This document shows, piece after piece, positions 27,528 to 38,799 of a stretch of DNA of 64,000 nucleotides. The DNA is from Candidatus Eiseniibacteriota bacterium (GTDB taxonomy: Bacteria; Joyebacterota; Joyebacteria; Joyebacterales; Joyebacteraceae): NCBI GenBank assembly GCA_030622115.1, contig JAUXGN010000008.1, positions 8,185 to 72,184 on the forward strand, written 5' to 3'. Position numbers and translations under genes: made by a program. The notes below the pieces were generated by a model. The model ran no database searches and was not told where the DNA came from. It saw only the letters and a list, made by a program, of their open reading frames with translations. Position 1 is the first letter of the stretch; each line of letters begins with the position of its first letter.

Positions 27528-29417
27528 ATGCGACGAGGAATGGTGGTCTTCTTCCTGATGCTTGTCTTCCTGGCGACCATCGCGCATGGTCCGGCCGGAG
27601 CCAAGAGCTACCACGTTTCGGACGTGGACATAGACATCACCGTCAGGTCGGATGGAAGCTTCGAGTTTCGCGAGGCGCGCACCTTCAGTTTCAACGGCGA
27701 TTTCACCTACGCCTTCTTCCAGGTCGAGAAGAAATCATCCTTGGGGGATGACGTTGAGATCACCGACATCGTGGTGGGTGAGAATGGAGTCGCGTACGTA
27801 CCGGGTTCCCCCAGAGTCCTCGATGACGAGCGACCACCAGGGACCTGCTACATCTACTACGACTACAAGTCCCGCTATGCCTACGCGAAGTGGTTTTACC
27901 GCGCCGACGATGAACGGCGCACCTTCGATATCTCGTACACGGTCCACGATGCGGTCGTCGTTCACGATGATTTCGCCGTCCTCTACTGGAAGTTCATCGG
28001 CGAGGACTGGGATATCCGGACAGATCGTGTCACCGGGCGCATCCACTTCCCGCCCGGCGGGGACAAGGACCGTCTTCGGGCGTGGCTTCACGCGAACCTG
28101 ACCAGCGAGTACACGATCGAGGATGAGAGGACCGTTAGCTTCTGGGTCGACAATTTGAGACCGGGCAGGTTCGTTGAACTACGCATCCTCTTTCCACCCG
28201 AGCTTGTTCCGGATGCGACCCGGCGTGGACGGGGTCCGATATGGGATACAACTCTGAGTGAAGAGACGCTCCTTGTCGAAGAGGCCAATCGCAAGAGGGT
28301 GGAGGCGCAGGAGTACGTTGCCGGTCGAGCAGCCCGCGCGCGGGCGGGGCTTTTCGCGGCGATCATCGTGTCCCTTCTCGCGCTAGGTGCGTGGACCGTG
28401 ATCTTCCTGAAGTACGGGCGCGAGCACAAGGTGGAGTTCGACGGCGACTACTTCCGGGAACTCCCGTCCGACCGTCCACCGGCGGAGGTCGGATACCTCT
28501 ACCGTTCCGGTGAGGTCGGGGCGAGCGACATGGTCGCGACCATACTCGACCTGGCGAAAGGTGGGTACATCACGATTACTGAGACGATCGAGGAGAAACA
28601 CGGGCTCCTCAATTTTCTCGGCGGTGGCAAAGACTACGTCCTCGAGTGGGTGAACAAGGACATCTCAGCTCTCAATTCGTACGAGTCGAACCTGGTGCTC
28701 TTTCTGTTCAGTGCGGCATGCGTCGCCGGCGACAAGCTGTCGCTCAATGCTTTCAAGAAGGAGGCGCAAAAGCACTCGACCAGATTCCAGAGCTGGTTCA
28801 AGAAATGGAAGAAGCGCATCGTTGAGAAGTCGCGGGCAGAGGGACTTCTCGAACGGAAGAGCACCGTTATGTCATATGTCTGTGCCGCGATCGGTGTCGT
28901 CACGATGCTGCTGGGTTTCGCGATCGCAAGATCAGCAGAGACCCCATACGCGCTCATCGCTTCCGCTGCCGGATTGGCGGTTCTGCTTCTTTCAACGCTG
29001 GTCAAACGCAGGTCGCTCGAGGCGGGGCTGGAATTCAAGAAATGGCAAGCGCTCAAGCGGTACCTTCTTCACTTCTCGTCACTGGATGAAGCACCTCCGC
29101 AGTCGCTCGTGCTCTGGGAGCACTTCCTCGTCTACGCAACAACTCTCGGCGTTGCCAAGGAGGTTCTGAAGCAACTCGAGCCGCTCCTTCCCAACATGGA
29201 GGAGGCGGCCGGTCGGAGCTTCGCGCACGGATGGTACTACGGCTCCGCTGTCGGGAGTCTTGGGGACGGTGTGGGCGGGATCTCCGGTCTTACCGAGGGG
29301 CTCTCGAGCATGGTCACGGTTGCAGGAAGCGCGATGAGCTCAGCGAGCGGAACCGGTGGAGGTGGAACCGGCGGTGGTGGTGGCGGCGGTGGTGGCGGTG
29401 GCGGTGGCGCCGGCTAA
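27528..29417 (+). CDS. DUF2207-like membrane protein with C-terminal poly-Gly tail
   Basis: Strong RBS GGCAGGAGGTAGGT; signal peptide, large N-terminal extracytoplasmic domain, central TM helices, C-terminal GTGGGGTGGGGGGGGGGGGGAG. Confidence 0.55.
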   Translation: MRRGMVVFFLMLVFLATIAHGPAGAKSYHVSDVDIDITVRSDGSFEFREARTFSFNGDFTYAFFQVEKKSSLGDDVEITDIVVGENGVAYVPGSPRVLDDERPPGTCYIYYDYKSRYAYAKWFYRADDERRTFDISYTVHDAVVVHDDFAVLYWKFIGEDWDIRTDRVTGRIHFPPGGDKDRLRAWLHANLTSEYTIEDERTVSFWVDNLRPGRFVELRILFPPELVPDATRRGRGPIWDTTLSEETLLVEEANRKRVEAQEYVAGRAARARAGLFAAIIVSLLALGAWTVIFLKYGREHKVEFDGDYFRELPSDRPPAEVGYLYRSGEVGASDMVATILDLAKGGYITITETIEEKHGLLNFLGGGKDYVLEWVNKDISALNSYESNLVLFLFSAACVAGDKLSLNAFKKEAQKHSTRFQSWFKKWKKRIVEKSRAEGLLERKSTVMSYVCAAIGVVTMLLGFAIARSAETPYALIASAAGLAVLLLSTLVKRRSLEAGLEFKKWQALKRYLLHFSSLDEAPPQSLVLWEHFLVYATTLGVAKEVLKQLEPLLPNMEEAAGRSFAHGWYYGSAVGSLGDGVGGISGLTEGLSSMVTVAGSAMSSASGTGGGGTGGGGGGGGGGGGGAG

Positions 29418-29422
29418 CGGTT

Positions 29423-29878
29423 ATGGCAGAGCGCCCTCACTACACTGAGATCGATCACACCGCCGATGTGGGAATAGAGCTTCGGTCGCACGATCTTGTG
29501 TCGGCGTTCGAACACACCGCAGCGTGCATGTTCGATCTCATCTGCCGTCTTGACGAGATCGGCTCCGGGTGGTCACGTCGCGTGACTGTGGTGGGACGAC
29601 GCGGTGATCTCGAACACCTGATGGTCAGATGGCTTTCCGAGTTGCTGTACCTGTTCACTTCCTCGCGAATCCTCCTGTCTCGATTCACGATCGAAGAGCT
29701 CGACGTCGAGGGACGTGGAGGGATGAGTGAGTCTCGCATCGTGGCGTTGGTCCACGGGGAGAGAATGGACGAGGACCGTCACAACGTGCGGGTGGAGATC
29801 AAGGCTCCCACGTATCATTCCCTTCGCATCGAGGAGACGCCTGAAGGTTGGGTAGTTCGCATTATCTTCGACACGTGA
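29423..29878 (+). CDS. archease (RtcB activator)
   Basis: N-terminal YTEIDHTADVGIEL motif (HTAD), ~150 aa, immediately upstream of rtcB. Confidence 0.8.
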   Translation: MAERPHYTEIDHTADVGIELRSHDLVSAFEHTAACMFDLICRLDEIGSGWSRRVTVVGRRGDLEHLMVRWLSELLYLFTSSRILLSRFTIEELDVEGRGGMSESRIVALVHGERMDEDRHNVRVEIKAPTYHSLRIEETPEGWVVRIIFDT

Positions 29879-29889
29879 TTGGAGCGGAC

Positions 29890-31371
29890 ATGTCTTCCGG
29901 TAGCAGGCGTAAGAGCTATTCCACTTCGCGCGGCGGTCTGACAGAGGTCGCCGATTGCGTGTGGGAGATCGCTCAAACGGGAGGGATGCGTGTCCCCGGA
30001 CGTATCTATGCGGACGAGAAGCTCCTGCCGCAGATCCTGAGCGACAAGGGCCTTGAGCAAGTTGTGAATGTCGCGCATCTTCCCGGTGTGGTCAGGTACT
30101 CCCTCGCGATGCCCGATATCCACTGGGGCTATGGCTTTCCCATAGGTGGTGTCGCGGCCACCGACCCCTCCGAGGGCGGTGTCGTGTCGCCGGGAGGTGT
30201 CGGCTATGACATCAACTGCGGCGTGCGCCTTGTAGCGAGCAGGATGCGACGAGAGGACGTGGGAGATCGCATTCCCGATCTCATCAATGCGCTTTTCCGC
30301 GACGTGCCTTGCGGTCTCGGCTCGAGCGGAGCGATAGGGAATCTATCTCAGAGAGACGTCCGAGACGTGATGGCGGAGGGCGCGCGGTGGGCGGTTACAC
30401 GGGGCTACGGTACTGAGGCAGATCTGGATCGCACCGAGGACGGCGGCCGTCTTTCCTCGGCCGACCCGTCAACGGTTGGGAAGCGCGCGGTCGAGCGTGG
30501 GAGATCGCAAGTAGGGACGCTCGGGTCCGGCAATCATTTCATAGAGGTGGGCTTCGTTGATAACGTCTACGATAAGGCGCGAGCGGCCGCTTTCGGGCTC
30601 GAGCTTGGAAGCGTGACACTGATGATCCACTCGGGATCCCGCGGACTCGGGTACCAGGTCTGCGACGACTATCTCAACGTAATGCAGGGTGCGGTTTCGA
30701 AGTACGGGATCGATCTTCCGGATCGTCAACTCGCATGTGCTCCCATCGAGTCTCCCGAGGGGAAGCGCTACCTCGCAGCCATGGCCTGCGCGGCCAACTA
30801 CGCGTGGGCGAATCGGCAGGTGATGATGGTCCTCGCGAAGCGGTCGATCGCGGGAGTGATGAAGGCAAGTGAGGCGGAGCTGGGGCTCAGACTCGTCTAC
30901 GATGTCTGCCACAACATCGCCAAGATGGAACGCCACAAGGTGGGGGGCGGAGAGAGGCTTCTCTGCATACACCGGAAGGGAGCGACGAGAGCCTTTCCCG
31001 GGGAGCACGATGACGTGCCGGATTGCTACCGGTCAGCTGGACAACCGGTGCTCATCCCGGGAGACATGGGAACATATTCGTTCGTCTCTGCTGGGACTTT
31101 CACGGCGCTGGAAGACACCTTCGGCAGTTCCTGCCACGGAGCGGGCCGCGTGATGTCGAGGAGCAAGGCAAGGAAGATGGCGCGCGGGAGGAATCTCGCC
31201 GATGAGCTTAGACGAAAGGGTGTCTACGTTGCGGCCAAGGGCAAGGCGACGCTCGCCGAGGAAATGCCGTCTGCGTACAAGAACGTGTCCGATGTCGTAG
31301 ATGTCATGGAGAGGACCGGCATTGCGCGGAAAGTCGTTCGGCTGAAGCCGCTCGGCGTTGCCAAGGGTTGA
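29890..31371 (+). CDS. rtcB: RNA-splicing ligase RtcB
   Basis: GYDINCG, GSGNHFIEV, CHNIA, SCHGAGR conserved metal/GMP-binding motifs. Confidence 0.9.
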   Translation: MSSGSRRKSYSTSRGGLTEVADCVWEIAQTGGMRVPGRIYADEKLLPQILSDKGLEQVVNVAHLPGVVRYSLAMPDIHWGYGFPIGGVAATDPSEGGVVSPGGVGYDINCGVRLVASRMRREDVGDRIPDLINALFRDVPCGLGSSGAIGNLSQRDVRDVMAEGARWAVTRGYGTEADLDRTEDGGRLSSADPSTVGKRAVERGRSQVGTLGSGNHFIEVGFVDNVYDKARAAAFGLELGSVTLMIHSGSRGLGYQVCDDYLNVMQGAVSKYGIDLPDRQLACAPIESPEGKRYLAAMACAANYAWANRQVMMVLAKRSIAGVMKASEAELGLRLVYDVCHNIAKMERHKVGGGERLLCIHRKGATRAFPGEHDDVPDCYRSAGQPVLIPGDMGTYSFVSAGTFTALEDTFGSSCHGAGRVMSRSKARKMARGRNLADELRRKGVYVAAKGKATLAEEMPSAYKNVSDVVDVMERTGIARKVVRLKPLGVAKG

Positions 31372-31418
31372 ATACCGGGATTGAACACCAAGGGTTGAGC
31401 ACCGAGGGTTGAGTACTG

Positions 31419-33131
31419 ATGAAGAACCGCGAGATCGCACATCTGTTTGAATCCTTTGCGAGCATCCTCATGATCCAGGACGCTAATCAGTTCCGCGTCA
31501 ACGCATATCACCGCGCGGCCCGTGCCATCGAGGAACTCACGGTCGACGTCGCAGGCCTTGTCGAATCCGGTGAACTCACGGATATCCCGGGCATTGGCAA
31601 GGGCACGGCGGCGGCGATCTCCGAGTACCTTGAGACTGGAGCGGTTGGTAGCTACGAGCAGGCGAAGGCGGAGATTCCGAAGGGACTTCTGGAGCTCCTC
31701 TCCATATCCGGACTCGGTCCCAAGACGGTCGGACTCTTGTGGCGCGAGTTGAACATCCGATCCCTGAAGGAGCTCAAGAGAAGACTGAACAGCGAAAAAC
31801 TGTCGGCACTTCCCGGCATGGGGGAGAAGAGGATCGAGAGAATTCGATCAGGGATCCGCGCGTACGAGGCGGGTGCGGGGCGGATGCTCCTCGGCACGGC
31901 GCTTTCGCTCGCCGGGATGGTGACCGCCGAGATGCGGAAGATCCCCGGCGTGACCGAAGTCAGCGTGGCGGGCTCGACGCGGCGCTGGAGGGAAACCATC
32001 GGGGATGTCGATGTCCTTGTCACAGGGGAGACCCCTGGAGACGCCATCGAGGCTTTTACCTCGATGGCCGCGGTCGAGGAGGTGCTGGCGTCCGGGCCGA
32101 CCAAGGCGAGCATCAGGATAGAGGAGGCGCTTCAGGTCGATCTCCGGGTCGTATCAAAGAGCGAGTGGGGGGCCGCCCTCATGTATTTCACCGGCTCGAA
32201 GGAGCACAACGTCCGGCTGCGGGCGCTCGCCAGGGAACAGGGTCTCAAGCTTAATGAGTATGGCCTCTTCCAGGGGGACAGAAAGCTGTCCTCGCGCACC
32301 GAGAAGGCCGTCTACCGCAAGCTCGGGATGGCGTGGGTGCCGCCTGAACTCCGCGAGGACCGCGGAGAGGTCGAGGCGGCGCTCGATGGAACGCTGCCGC
32401 GTCTCGTCGAGATGGAGGACATTCGAGGGGACCTGCACATGCACTCCGTGTGGAGCGATGGCGGCTCGACGATCGAGGATGTGGCCCGTGCGGCGAAAGC
32501 CCGGGGGTACGAGTACGTCATCATGAGCGACCACTCCAAGTCTCTCAAGATAGCTAACGGTCTGTCGATAGAGAGACTCGAACAGCAGGCACTTGAGATA
32601 GACGACGTCAACCGCCGGATCACGGGCATCACGGTTCTCAAGGGAACTGAGGCCGACATCCTTTCGGATGGATCCGTTGATTATCCCGACGAGGTGCTGG
32701 AACGTCTGGATGTTGTTATCGCATCTATTCACTCGGGTTTCCAGCAGCCGAGCGACAGAATCACAGGTCGGATCATCGCGGCAATGGAGAACCCGCACGT
32801 TGACATCATCGGGCACCCTACCGGGCGGCTGATCGGCAGGCGGGAGGCCTACCGCGTTGACATGGAACAGGTAATGCGCGCCGCAGCTGAGACCGGAACC
32901 GCCCTCGAGATCAACTGCCACGATGAGCGCATCGACCTGAACGACGTCCACGCGAGGCGGGCGGCCGAGATGGGGGTTAAGCTTTCGCTCGGCACGGATT
33001 CGCACGATGTCAGCCAGATGTGGGCTATCACCATCGGCGTCCACACCGCTCGGCGGGGCTGGCTCTCCCCGGAATCGCTCCTCAACACTCTCACGCAGAA
33101 GGCCCTGCGACAGGCCCTTTCCTCATCCTGA
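31419..33131 (+). CDS. polX: DNA polymerase X family protein with C-terminal PHP domain
   Basis: N-terminal HhH motifs ([17 protein letters not shown]), Pol beta-like palm, C-terminal PHP His motifs ([22 protein letters not shown]). Confidence 0.8.
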   Translation: MKNREIAHLFESFASILMIQDANQFRVNAYHRAARAIEELTVDVAGLVESGELTDIPGIGKGTAAAISEYLETGAVGSYEQAKAEIPKGLLELLSISGLGPKTVGLLWRELNIRSLKELKRRLNSEKLSALPGMGEKRIERIRSGIRAYEAGAGRMLLGTALSLAGMVTAEMRKIPGVTEVSVAGSTRRWRETIGDVDVLVTGETPGDAIEAFTSMAAVEEVLASGPTKASIRIEEALQVDLRVVSKSEWGAALMYFTGSKEHNVRLRALAREQGLKLNEYGLFQGDRKLSSRTEKAVYRKLGMAWVPPELREDRGEVEAALDGTLPRLVEMEDIRGDLHMHSVWSDGGSTIEDVARAAKARGYEYVIMSDHSKSLKIANGLSIERLEQQALEIDDVNRRITGITVLKGTEADILSDGSVDYPDEVLERLDVVIASIHSGFQQPSDRITGRIIAAMENPHVDIIGHPTGRLIGRREAYRVDMEQVMRAAAETGTALEINCHDERIDLNDVHARRAAEMGVKLSLGTDSHDVSQMWAITIGVHTARRGWLSPESLLNTLTQKALRQALSSS

Positions 33132-33387
33132 GGGCCTGGGCGTCGGTCCCACGCACCCTTGGGCAGTCCCGCACGGCACTTGGGCAGGAATCTTGCAACC
33201 CAAGCACAATTGTGACATGAGGGCCGGAGTGTCGAAACAGCCCACGAGCGCGCCATGTACCTTCCTGATAGGGGAAAGCGCGCAGGAAGCCGTGATTGAC
33301 ACGCGGTAGCAGTTGTGGTATTCTTGTACTAAGGTCGTCTATGGACGCGACCACTATACGCAGTCACCCTGAACCTTGAGGTGTGCC

Positions 33388-34017
33388 ATGAAGATACTCC
33401 GACGGTCGATCATAGGAGTCACCGTGCTTCTGCTTGGCGCGGGGCTTGCTGTACCGGCGCTCGCCGCAATTGGGTGCGGCGCTGTGGGGGAAGCCCATGA
33501 GAACAGCGACGGTACGTACACGTACACTGTTCTGCTCACGTGGGAATTCGGTGAGGCCGCGAGGCCCGATCGGATCAACTTGAGCATCGAGCATCTGATG
33601 GGCTGCGGCTTCTACGATCCCCAGGATCCCGTGCAGCAGGACTACATCATTGCCCACGAGGGCTACTCGGAGCCCGATGGCGAGTGCTTCGATCTCTCAG
33701 GCGAGCCGGCGGAGGATATCGTGTGGGTGGGTGGACTTGCCATGGATGACCCGGACTGCTGGATGCCGGTGCTGCATCTCTTCTGGGAGAACAGCGGGCC
33801 GACCATCGAGTGCCTCCCGCTGGGCAATGGGTCAGCCACCATCTCGTTCACATCGTACGGTCTTCCGATGGAGTCGCAGATCTACTATGGGGCGATCGTC
33901 ATCAAGGCCGGAGACTACTGTATCGTTTGCGACTACGAAGGACCGCTTCCCGACTGCAACAACTGGGCGCCGGTCGAGGATTCTCACTGGGGTCTGATCA
34001 AGGCGCTGTACAAGTAG
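33388..34017 (+). CDS. Cys-rich secreted hypothetical protein
   Basis: Signal peptide MKILRRSIIGVTVLLLGAGLAVPALAA; 10 Cys; no family recognised. Confidence 0.45.
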   Translation: MKILRRSIIGVTVLLLGAGLAVPALAAIGCGAVGEAHENSDGTYTYTVLLTWEFGEAARPDRINLSIEHLMGCGFYDPQDPVQQDYIIAHEGYSEPDGECFDLSGEPAEDIVWVGGLAMDDPDCWMPVLHLFWENSGPTIECLPLGNGSATISFTSYGLPMESQIYYGAIVIKAGDYCIVCDYEGPLPDCNNWAPVEDSHWGLIKALYK

Positions 34018-34045
34018 CGCCGGCGTTCACTCAGAGCCGATTTCA

Positions 34046-34082
34046 GAAGAAGGGATGTCCCTCTATGGGGCATCCCTTCTTC
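34046..34082. terminator. inverted-repeat hairpin between convergent genes
   Basis: GAAGAAGGGATG(T)CCC-tctat-GGG(G)CATCCCTTCTTC. Confidence 0.5.
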
Positions 34083-34112
34083 TCATTGCCGATGCGCTGC
34101 GGGAACGCGCGG

Positions 34113-35003
34113 CTACATTTCTCTCAGAAGCGTGACCCTCTGTTCCATCGGAGGGTGGGTTGAGAAGAGCTTGTTGAAGACGCCCTTCTGTCCCTTGAGC
34201 GGGTTCGAGATGTAGAGATGGGCGGTCGCCTTGTTTGCGACCTCAAGCGGCTCCCGGTCGGATGCTATCTTCTCGAGTGCGCTTGCCAGCCCCTCGGGGT
34301 AGCGTGTCAGGAGCGCGCCGTTGGCATCGGCCAGGAACTCACGTCTCCTCGATATGGCGAGCTTGATGAGCTGCGCGATGAGCGGTGAGAGAATGGCAAG
34401 CACGAGCGCTACGATGAGAAGGACGATTCCCACCTGACCTCCTCCCGACGTGCTCTTCCTCCTGCGTCCGCCCCACAAGAAGCTCCTCAGCATCCAGTCG
34501 CTCACGAGCGCGACTGTGCCGACCATGACAACGGTGAGCGTCATCAGAAGCGTGTCGTAGTTCGCGATGTGAGACATCTCGTGACCGATGACTCCCTCGA
34601 GTTCAACGCGGTTGAGCTTCTGCAGAAGTCCCGTCGTCACGGCTATCGCAGCATGCTCGGGGTTCCGCCCGGTGGCGAAGGCATTCGGGGCGGTGTCATC
34701 TATGATGTAGAGCTTGGGTGTCGGGATCCCGGCTGCGATAGCGAGTCCCTCTACGGAGTGGTAGAGATGAGGATGATCTTCCTTCTCTGCGGCCTTGGCC
34801 CGGCTGATGGCGAGAACCATCCTGTCACTATTGTAGTAGCTGCCCCATGCCGCGCCGCCCGCTATGACGGCCGCGAGTATCGGTGCGGCAGGACCCCAGA
34901 CCGTGGTTCTGCCGAAGAGCCAACCGAGGAAGACCACGAACATGACGAAGAACCCAACCAGAAAGCCGGACCTCATTTTGTTGCTGCTTATCTGCTCCCA
35001 CAT
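34113..35003 (-). CDS. htpX: zinc metalloprotease HtpX (M48)
   Basis: HEMSHI zinc-binding motif, N-terminal TM helices, EFLADANGA second motif. Confidence 0.85.
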   Translation of the reverse strand: MWEQISSNKMRSGFLVGFFVMFVVFLGWLFGRTTVWGPAAPILAAVIAGGAAWGSYYNSDRMVLAISRAKAAEKEDHPHLYHSVEGLAIAAGIPTPKLYIIDDTAPNAFATGRNPEHAAIAVTTGLLQKLNRVELEGVIGHEMSHIANYDTLLMTLTVVMVGTVALVSDWMLRSFLWGGRRRKSTSGGGQVGIVLLIVALVLAILSPLIAQLIKLAISRRREFLADANGALLTRYPEGLASALEKIASDREPLEVANKATAHLYISNPLKGQKGVFNKLFSTHPPMEQRVTLLREM

Positions 35004-35061
35004 CTATGGCTGCTCCGTGGAGGGCGGTTCCCTACAGAAGGCAACCGCCCTCGTTGTCTTT

Positions 35062-35235
35062 CTACCAGAGGGGGAAGAACGTTGTGATGCAAGCGAGTAT
35101 CAGGAGCACTGCAGGGATGATCAGATTCGGCGGACGACCACCCGCGACCAATCTCTTCCTTCCCCAGAAGAGCGCAAGTCCGGCGAAGAGGTAGACGATC
35201 CCAAGAACGATCTTAATGATGGCGAAGAGTCCCAT
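35062..35235 (-). CDS. small two-TM membrane protein (hypothetical)
   Basis: 57-aa ORF MGLFAIIKIVLGIVYLFAGLALFWGRKRLVAGGRPPNLIIPAVLLILACITTFFPLW between lemA and htpX. Confidence 0.4.
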   Translation of the reverse strand: MGLFAIIKIVLGIVYLFAGLALFWGRKRLVAGGRPPNLIIPAVLLILACITTFFPLW

Positions 35236-35269
35236 GCCGACCTCCGTAAGGCTTCGGGAAGAACCCGAT

Positions 35270-35812
35270 CTAGAACTTGACCTTGACGGGCCCCTTCTCT
35301 GCTTCCTCGATCTCGAAGTACTCACGCTCCTTGAAGTTGAACATCCCGGCGATGACGTTCGATGGGAACATCTCGCGCTTGTTGTCGTACTTCAGAACCG
35401 TGTCGTTGTAGAACTGCCGCGAGTACGCGATCTTACTCTCGACTCCGGAGAGTTCCTCCTGGAGCATCATGAAGTTCTGATTGGCCTTGAGCTCCGGGTA
35501 GGCTTCTGCGACGGCGAAGAGCGTCTTCAAGGCACCGGTCAACATGTTGTTCGCTTCGGCGTTGGCTCCCACTGACTTCGCACTCTGGAGCGCCGAGCGT
35601 GCTTCGGTCACCTTCTGAAAGACCTCTTTCTCGTGGCCGGCATAGCCCTTCACCGTCTCCACGAGATTCGGGATGAGATCAACACGCCGCTTGAGCTGTA
35701 CGTCGATCTGCGACCAGGCGTTCTCGATCCGGTTCCTGAACTGGATGAGCGAGTTGTACGTGATGATGACCCAGGCGGCAATGATGACGATCAGGACGAG
35801 AACGATAATCAT
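35270..35812 (-). CDS. lemA: LemA family protein
   Basis: N-terminal TM, conserved [25 protein letters not shown] LemA signature. Confidence 0.85.
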   Translation of the reverse strand: MIIVLVLIVIIAAWVIITYNSLIQFRNRIENAWSQIDVQLKRRVDLIPNLVETVKGYAGHEKEVFQKVTEARSALQSAKSVGANAEANNMLTGALKTLFAVAEAYPELKANQNFMMLQEELSGVESKIAYSRQFYNDTVLKYDNKREMFPSNVIAGMFNFKEREYFEIEEAEKGPVKVKF

Positions 35813-35982
35813 GGAGATCCCCCTTCAGAATCGCTGCTTCCAAACGTAGCTGTAAGGCTACTTATAGCGGCTGGAATCACCACGCGTCAAGAGATTACAA
35901 ACAGGTTGCATCATTGACAGTTGCTCGCCCGTCATCTACGATGCCGTGTGGTAGGCTGTTGTGCATGGCCAGCCGACAGCAA

Positions 35983-36399
35983 ATGGAGAACTCCGTGATC
36001 AAGAGCCTCTCAGTGCGAACACCGAAGCGCACGTGTTTCATTGACATCACCGCCGAGGTTGCCCGCGCTGTTCGCGATCTCCGCGTCGTCGACGGGTGCG
36101 TCACCGTATACACGCCACACACGACTGCAGCCGTTACCATCAATGAGAGCGCAGACCCGAACGTAATGCGAGACATGGACGTTGGTCTCTCCAGTCTCAT
36201 TCCGCATGCCGGTGACTATCGTCACGCCGAGGGGAATTCCGATGCTCACATCAAGTCGTCGCTTCTTGGCTGCTCAGAAAACGTGCTCGTCGCCGATGGA
36301 GAGCTTGTGCTGGGTACATGGCAGGGTGTATTCTTCTGTGAGTTTGATGGACCGAGAGCGCGAACGGTATTCGTAGGCAGTTCGGACTCGGTGTCGTGA
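35983..36399 (+). CDS. YjbQ/UPF0047-family secondary thiamine-phosphate synthase-like protein
   Basis: ~138 aa, conserved ...CFIDITAEV..., TVYTPHTTAAVTINE, HIKSSLLG motifs. Confidence 0.7.
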   Translation: MENSVIKSLSVRTPKRTCFIDITAEVARAVRDLRVVDGCVTVYTPHTTAAVTINESADPNVMRDMDVGLSSLIPHAGDYRHAEGNSDAHIKSSLLGCSENVLVADGELVLGTWQGVFFCEFDGPRARTVFVGSSDSVS

Positions 36400-36419
36400 C
36401 CGAGACGAGGAGGTAGACA

Positions 36420-37031
36420 ATGACGTACATGCGGATAGCTGTCATTGGGCTGACGGCCCTGGTCTTCGCCGCGACAATTGCGCAGGCCGACGATGTTACC
36501 GATGCCATACGCAGTGCAGAGGGCGCGTACGGGAGCGGGGACTACAAGGAAGCCAGCACGCAGCTTCAGACGGCCCTCGTCGGTGTCAATCAGAAGCTGA
36601 TCGACATGATTGTGGAGTACCTTCCCAGTGCTCCGTCCGGGTGGACCGCCGAGGATTCTGAAGGACTGGATGCGTCGGCTATGGGAGCGGGTTTCTTCGC
36701 GACCCTTGTTGTCTCACGGGACTACACTTCTCCGAACGGATCAAACATCGAGGTCATGATCGCCGCGAACTCTCCGCTTCTGGCGACGTTCCACATGTTC
36801 ATCTCGAATCCGATGATGGCGGCGATGGCCGGACAGAGTGGAATGAAGAAGACGAGCGCATGTGGATACGATGCCATGGAGCAGTTCGGCGACGGCACCT
36901 ACGACCTGAACATCCTTGCGGGTAGCGCTACACTGATCTCCGTGAGCGGTGACAAAGAGGACGACATCGACTACATTCGTCAGCTTGCGGATCTCATCGA
37001 CTGTGAAGGAATAGTGAGCGTGGTTGAATAG
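36420..37031 (+). CDS. secreted hypothetical protein
   Basis: Signal peptide MTYMRIAVIGLTALVFAATIAQA; no family assignment. Confidence 0.45.
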   Translation: MTYMRIAVIGLTALVFAATIAQADDVTDAIRSAEGAYGSGDYKEASTQLQTALVGVNQKLIDMIVEYLPSAPSGWTAEDSEGLDASAMGAGFFATLVVSRDYTSPNGSNIEVMIAANSPLLATFHMFISNPMMAAMAGQSGMKKTSACGYDAMEQFGDGTYDLNILAGSATLISVSGDKEDDIDYIRQLADLIDCEGIVSVVE

Positions 37032-37179
37032 CGCGTGAGGGACTCAGCCGGCGGTGCTGTGCACAGCCGCTGATGAGACCGGCGCGCGACACGATGTGCT
37101 GTGATCGCATCGCAGCAGAGACGGGCAGCCACGAGATTCAGCCGAGCTGCCCGTTTCAGTATCAGGACCACGAGCCCCG

Positions 37180-38253
37180 CTACTGATGGCGGGGCTTCGT
37201 CCTTTTCCAGATGAGCCACGCGGTCAGCAGGACCAGGGCAATGAGCGTTGCGAAGCCGCCCTCGGGACCGTAGATGCCGCCGGCGAGACGTGACTCCGGT
37301 TCCAGCTCGACGACATCGAGAATCCCATGGAAGGGAAGGCCGCTCACGGGAAGCGAGTAGGCGAACCCGAGAAGGAAATTCCATCCGAAATGGAATCCTA
37401 TGGGAAGCCAGAGCGAACGGCTTCTGAAGTAGAGGGAGCAGAGAAGCGCGCCGATGAACCACGTGTTGACGAGACCGATGAAGTTGGCGCCTGGGTTCGT
37501 GACGTGGAGGAGCGCAAAAATGAGCGACGAGATGACGACGGCCGCGAACGTTCCGGTCTTCTCGTTTAGTTTCTGGAGTATGTAGCCTCGGAACATCAGC
37601 TCTTCGTATACACCCACTGAAATGAGCGCGGCGACGGCCAGCAGGAGGTAGGGGACCAGATCCTGATCGGGTGGCGCCGGTCGTTGGAACCCGATGACGG
37701 CGATACCTCCCGAAGCGAGTGAGATCAGGAACACGACCCCGAGAAGCAGTGCTGCAAGACCGAGACCCTTGCCGAAGTCGAGACACCAGCCCGGAGTGAG
37801 TCCGATTCCCAGGCTGGAGAGCGGGCGCCGATCGAAGAGACGCACAAAGACCCACGTGTAGGCGATGCTGTAGATTCCAACAAGGATCATGAGGGGGAAG
37901 AAGAGGGGACCAAGAAGTTCCAGGATCTTCGTCGCATCCATTCCCACGCCGGCAAGGTCGATCGAGGGCGGCGTGACCAGCCCCATTTCAATGAGAAACG
38001 CAAACAGGATGCTTACGAACACCGTGAGCGCAATGCCCGCAACGAGGTAGCCCACCAGATAGAGGATGATACTTATCACCGGGCCGAGTCGGGGAGGAGG
38101 CGCCGCCGGGGTTTCCGGGCTCGGTTCGCCGGGCGCCGTGTCCACGGGCGTTGCATCCACGTGCGCCGTGTCCACGTGCACTGTGTCCGCGGGCGTTGCG
38201 CCGCCGGGCGTTGTGTCCGTGTGGTCGTCTGCTGTCCATGCCTCTCGTTTCAT
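37180..38253 (-). CDS. CPBP-family intramembrane metalloprotease (CAAX protease/Abi-like)
   Basis: EELMFRG, FALLHV, HFGWNF motifs; strong RBS GGAGGCAGG before Met at 38253; N-terminal low-complexity (DTAHVDATPVDTAP) repeats. Confidence 0.75.
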   Translation of the reverse strand: MKREAWTADDHTDTTPGGATPADTVHVDTAHVDATPVDTAPGEPSPETPAAPPPRLGPVISIILYLVGYLVAGIALTVFVSILFAFLIEMGLVTPPSIDLAGVGMDATKILELLGPLFFPLMILVGIYSIAYTWVFVRLFDRRPLSSLGIGLTPGWCLDFGKGLGLAALLLGVVFLISLASGGIAVIGFQRPAPPDQDLVPYLLLAVAALISVGVYEELMFRGYILQKLNEKTGTFAAVVISSLIFALLHVTNPGANFIGLVNTWFIGALLCSLYFRSRSLWLPIGFHFGWNFLLGFAYSLPVSGLPFHGILDVVELEPESRLAGGIYGPEGGFATLIALVLLTAWLIWKRTKPRHQ

Positions 38254-38799
38254 GTCCTGCCTCCGTGCGGGTGGGAGCGAAGTTCCCCGTATTATTGCAC
38301 GCGATGGGTGGATGGTCAAACTCCGCACGCCGGATGTGACCGTGCACGAAGTTGACACTCGATCGTCGCGACCCGTGTATCGTGATACGTGTCTCCGCCG
38401 GACCGCGCCGCGATCGCCCCAGAGGCGCGCGCTTCAAGGTTGCCGCAGCTTTGTTCCGTGCGCCGGCATCTGTTGGCACGTCCCTTGTTACATAAGTCCA
38501 TCAAGCGCTTGTGTCTTGTACGAGACGGGGCTAGGAGCTGGGCGGGGTTGATCTGAATAGGGGCAGAGCCTCCCCGTCCCAGCGCCTGCCGAAGGGTTGC
38601 GGATGGCGGCGAGAAGCCGGATCGCTCGCGCGCTCTGGAAGGTGGTGTCAGGAGGCAGAAGCGCCTTGCGCCGTGCGAAGGCGTTGAGTAAACTGGCTAC
38701 AGCGTCGTCATACGACGCTGCGGCTTGTTGCGTCCATTCACAGGAATGAGCCCGCCTTTCAGGACAATCCATGCGGGGCTTCTCGCTCGGGAGGAATAC

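Noticed and set aside
29231-29422. Upstream W/R-rich extension of the archease ORF
   Set aside because: It is an out-of-frame read-through of the poly-Gly microsatellite of the preceding gene; the archease signature begins at Met 29423.
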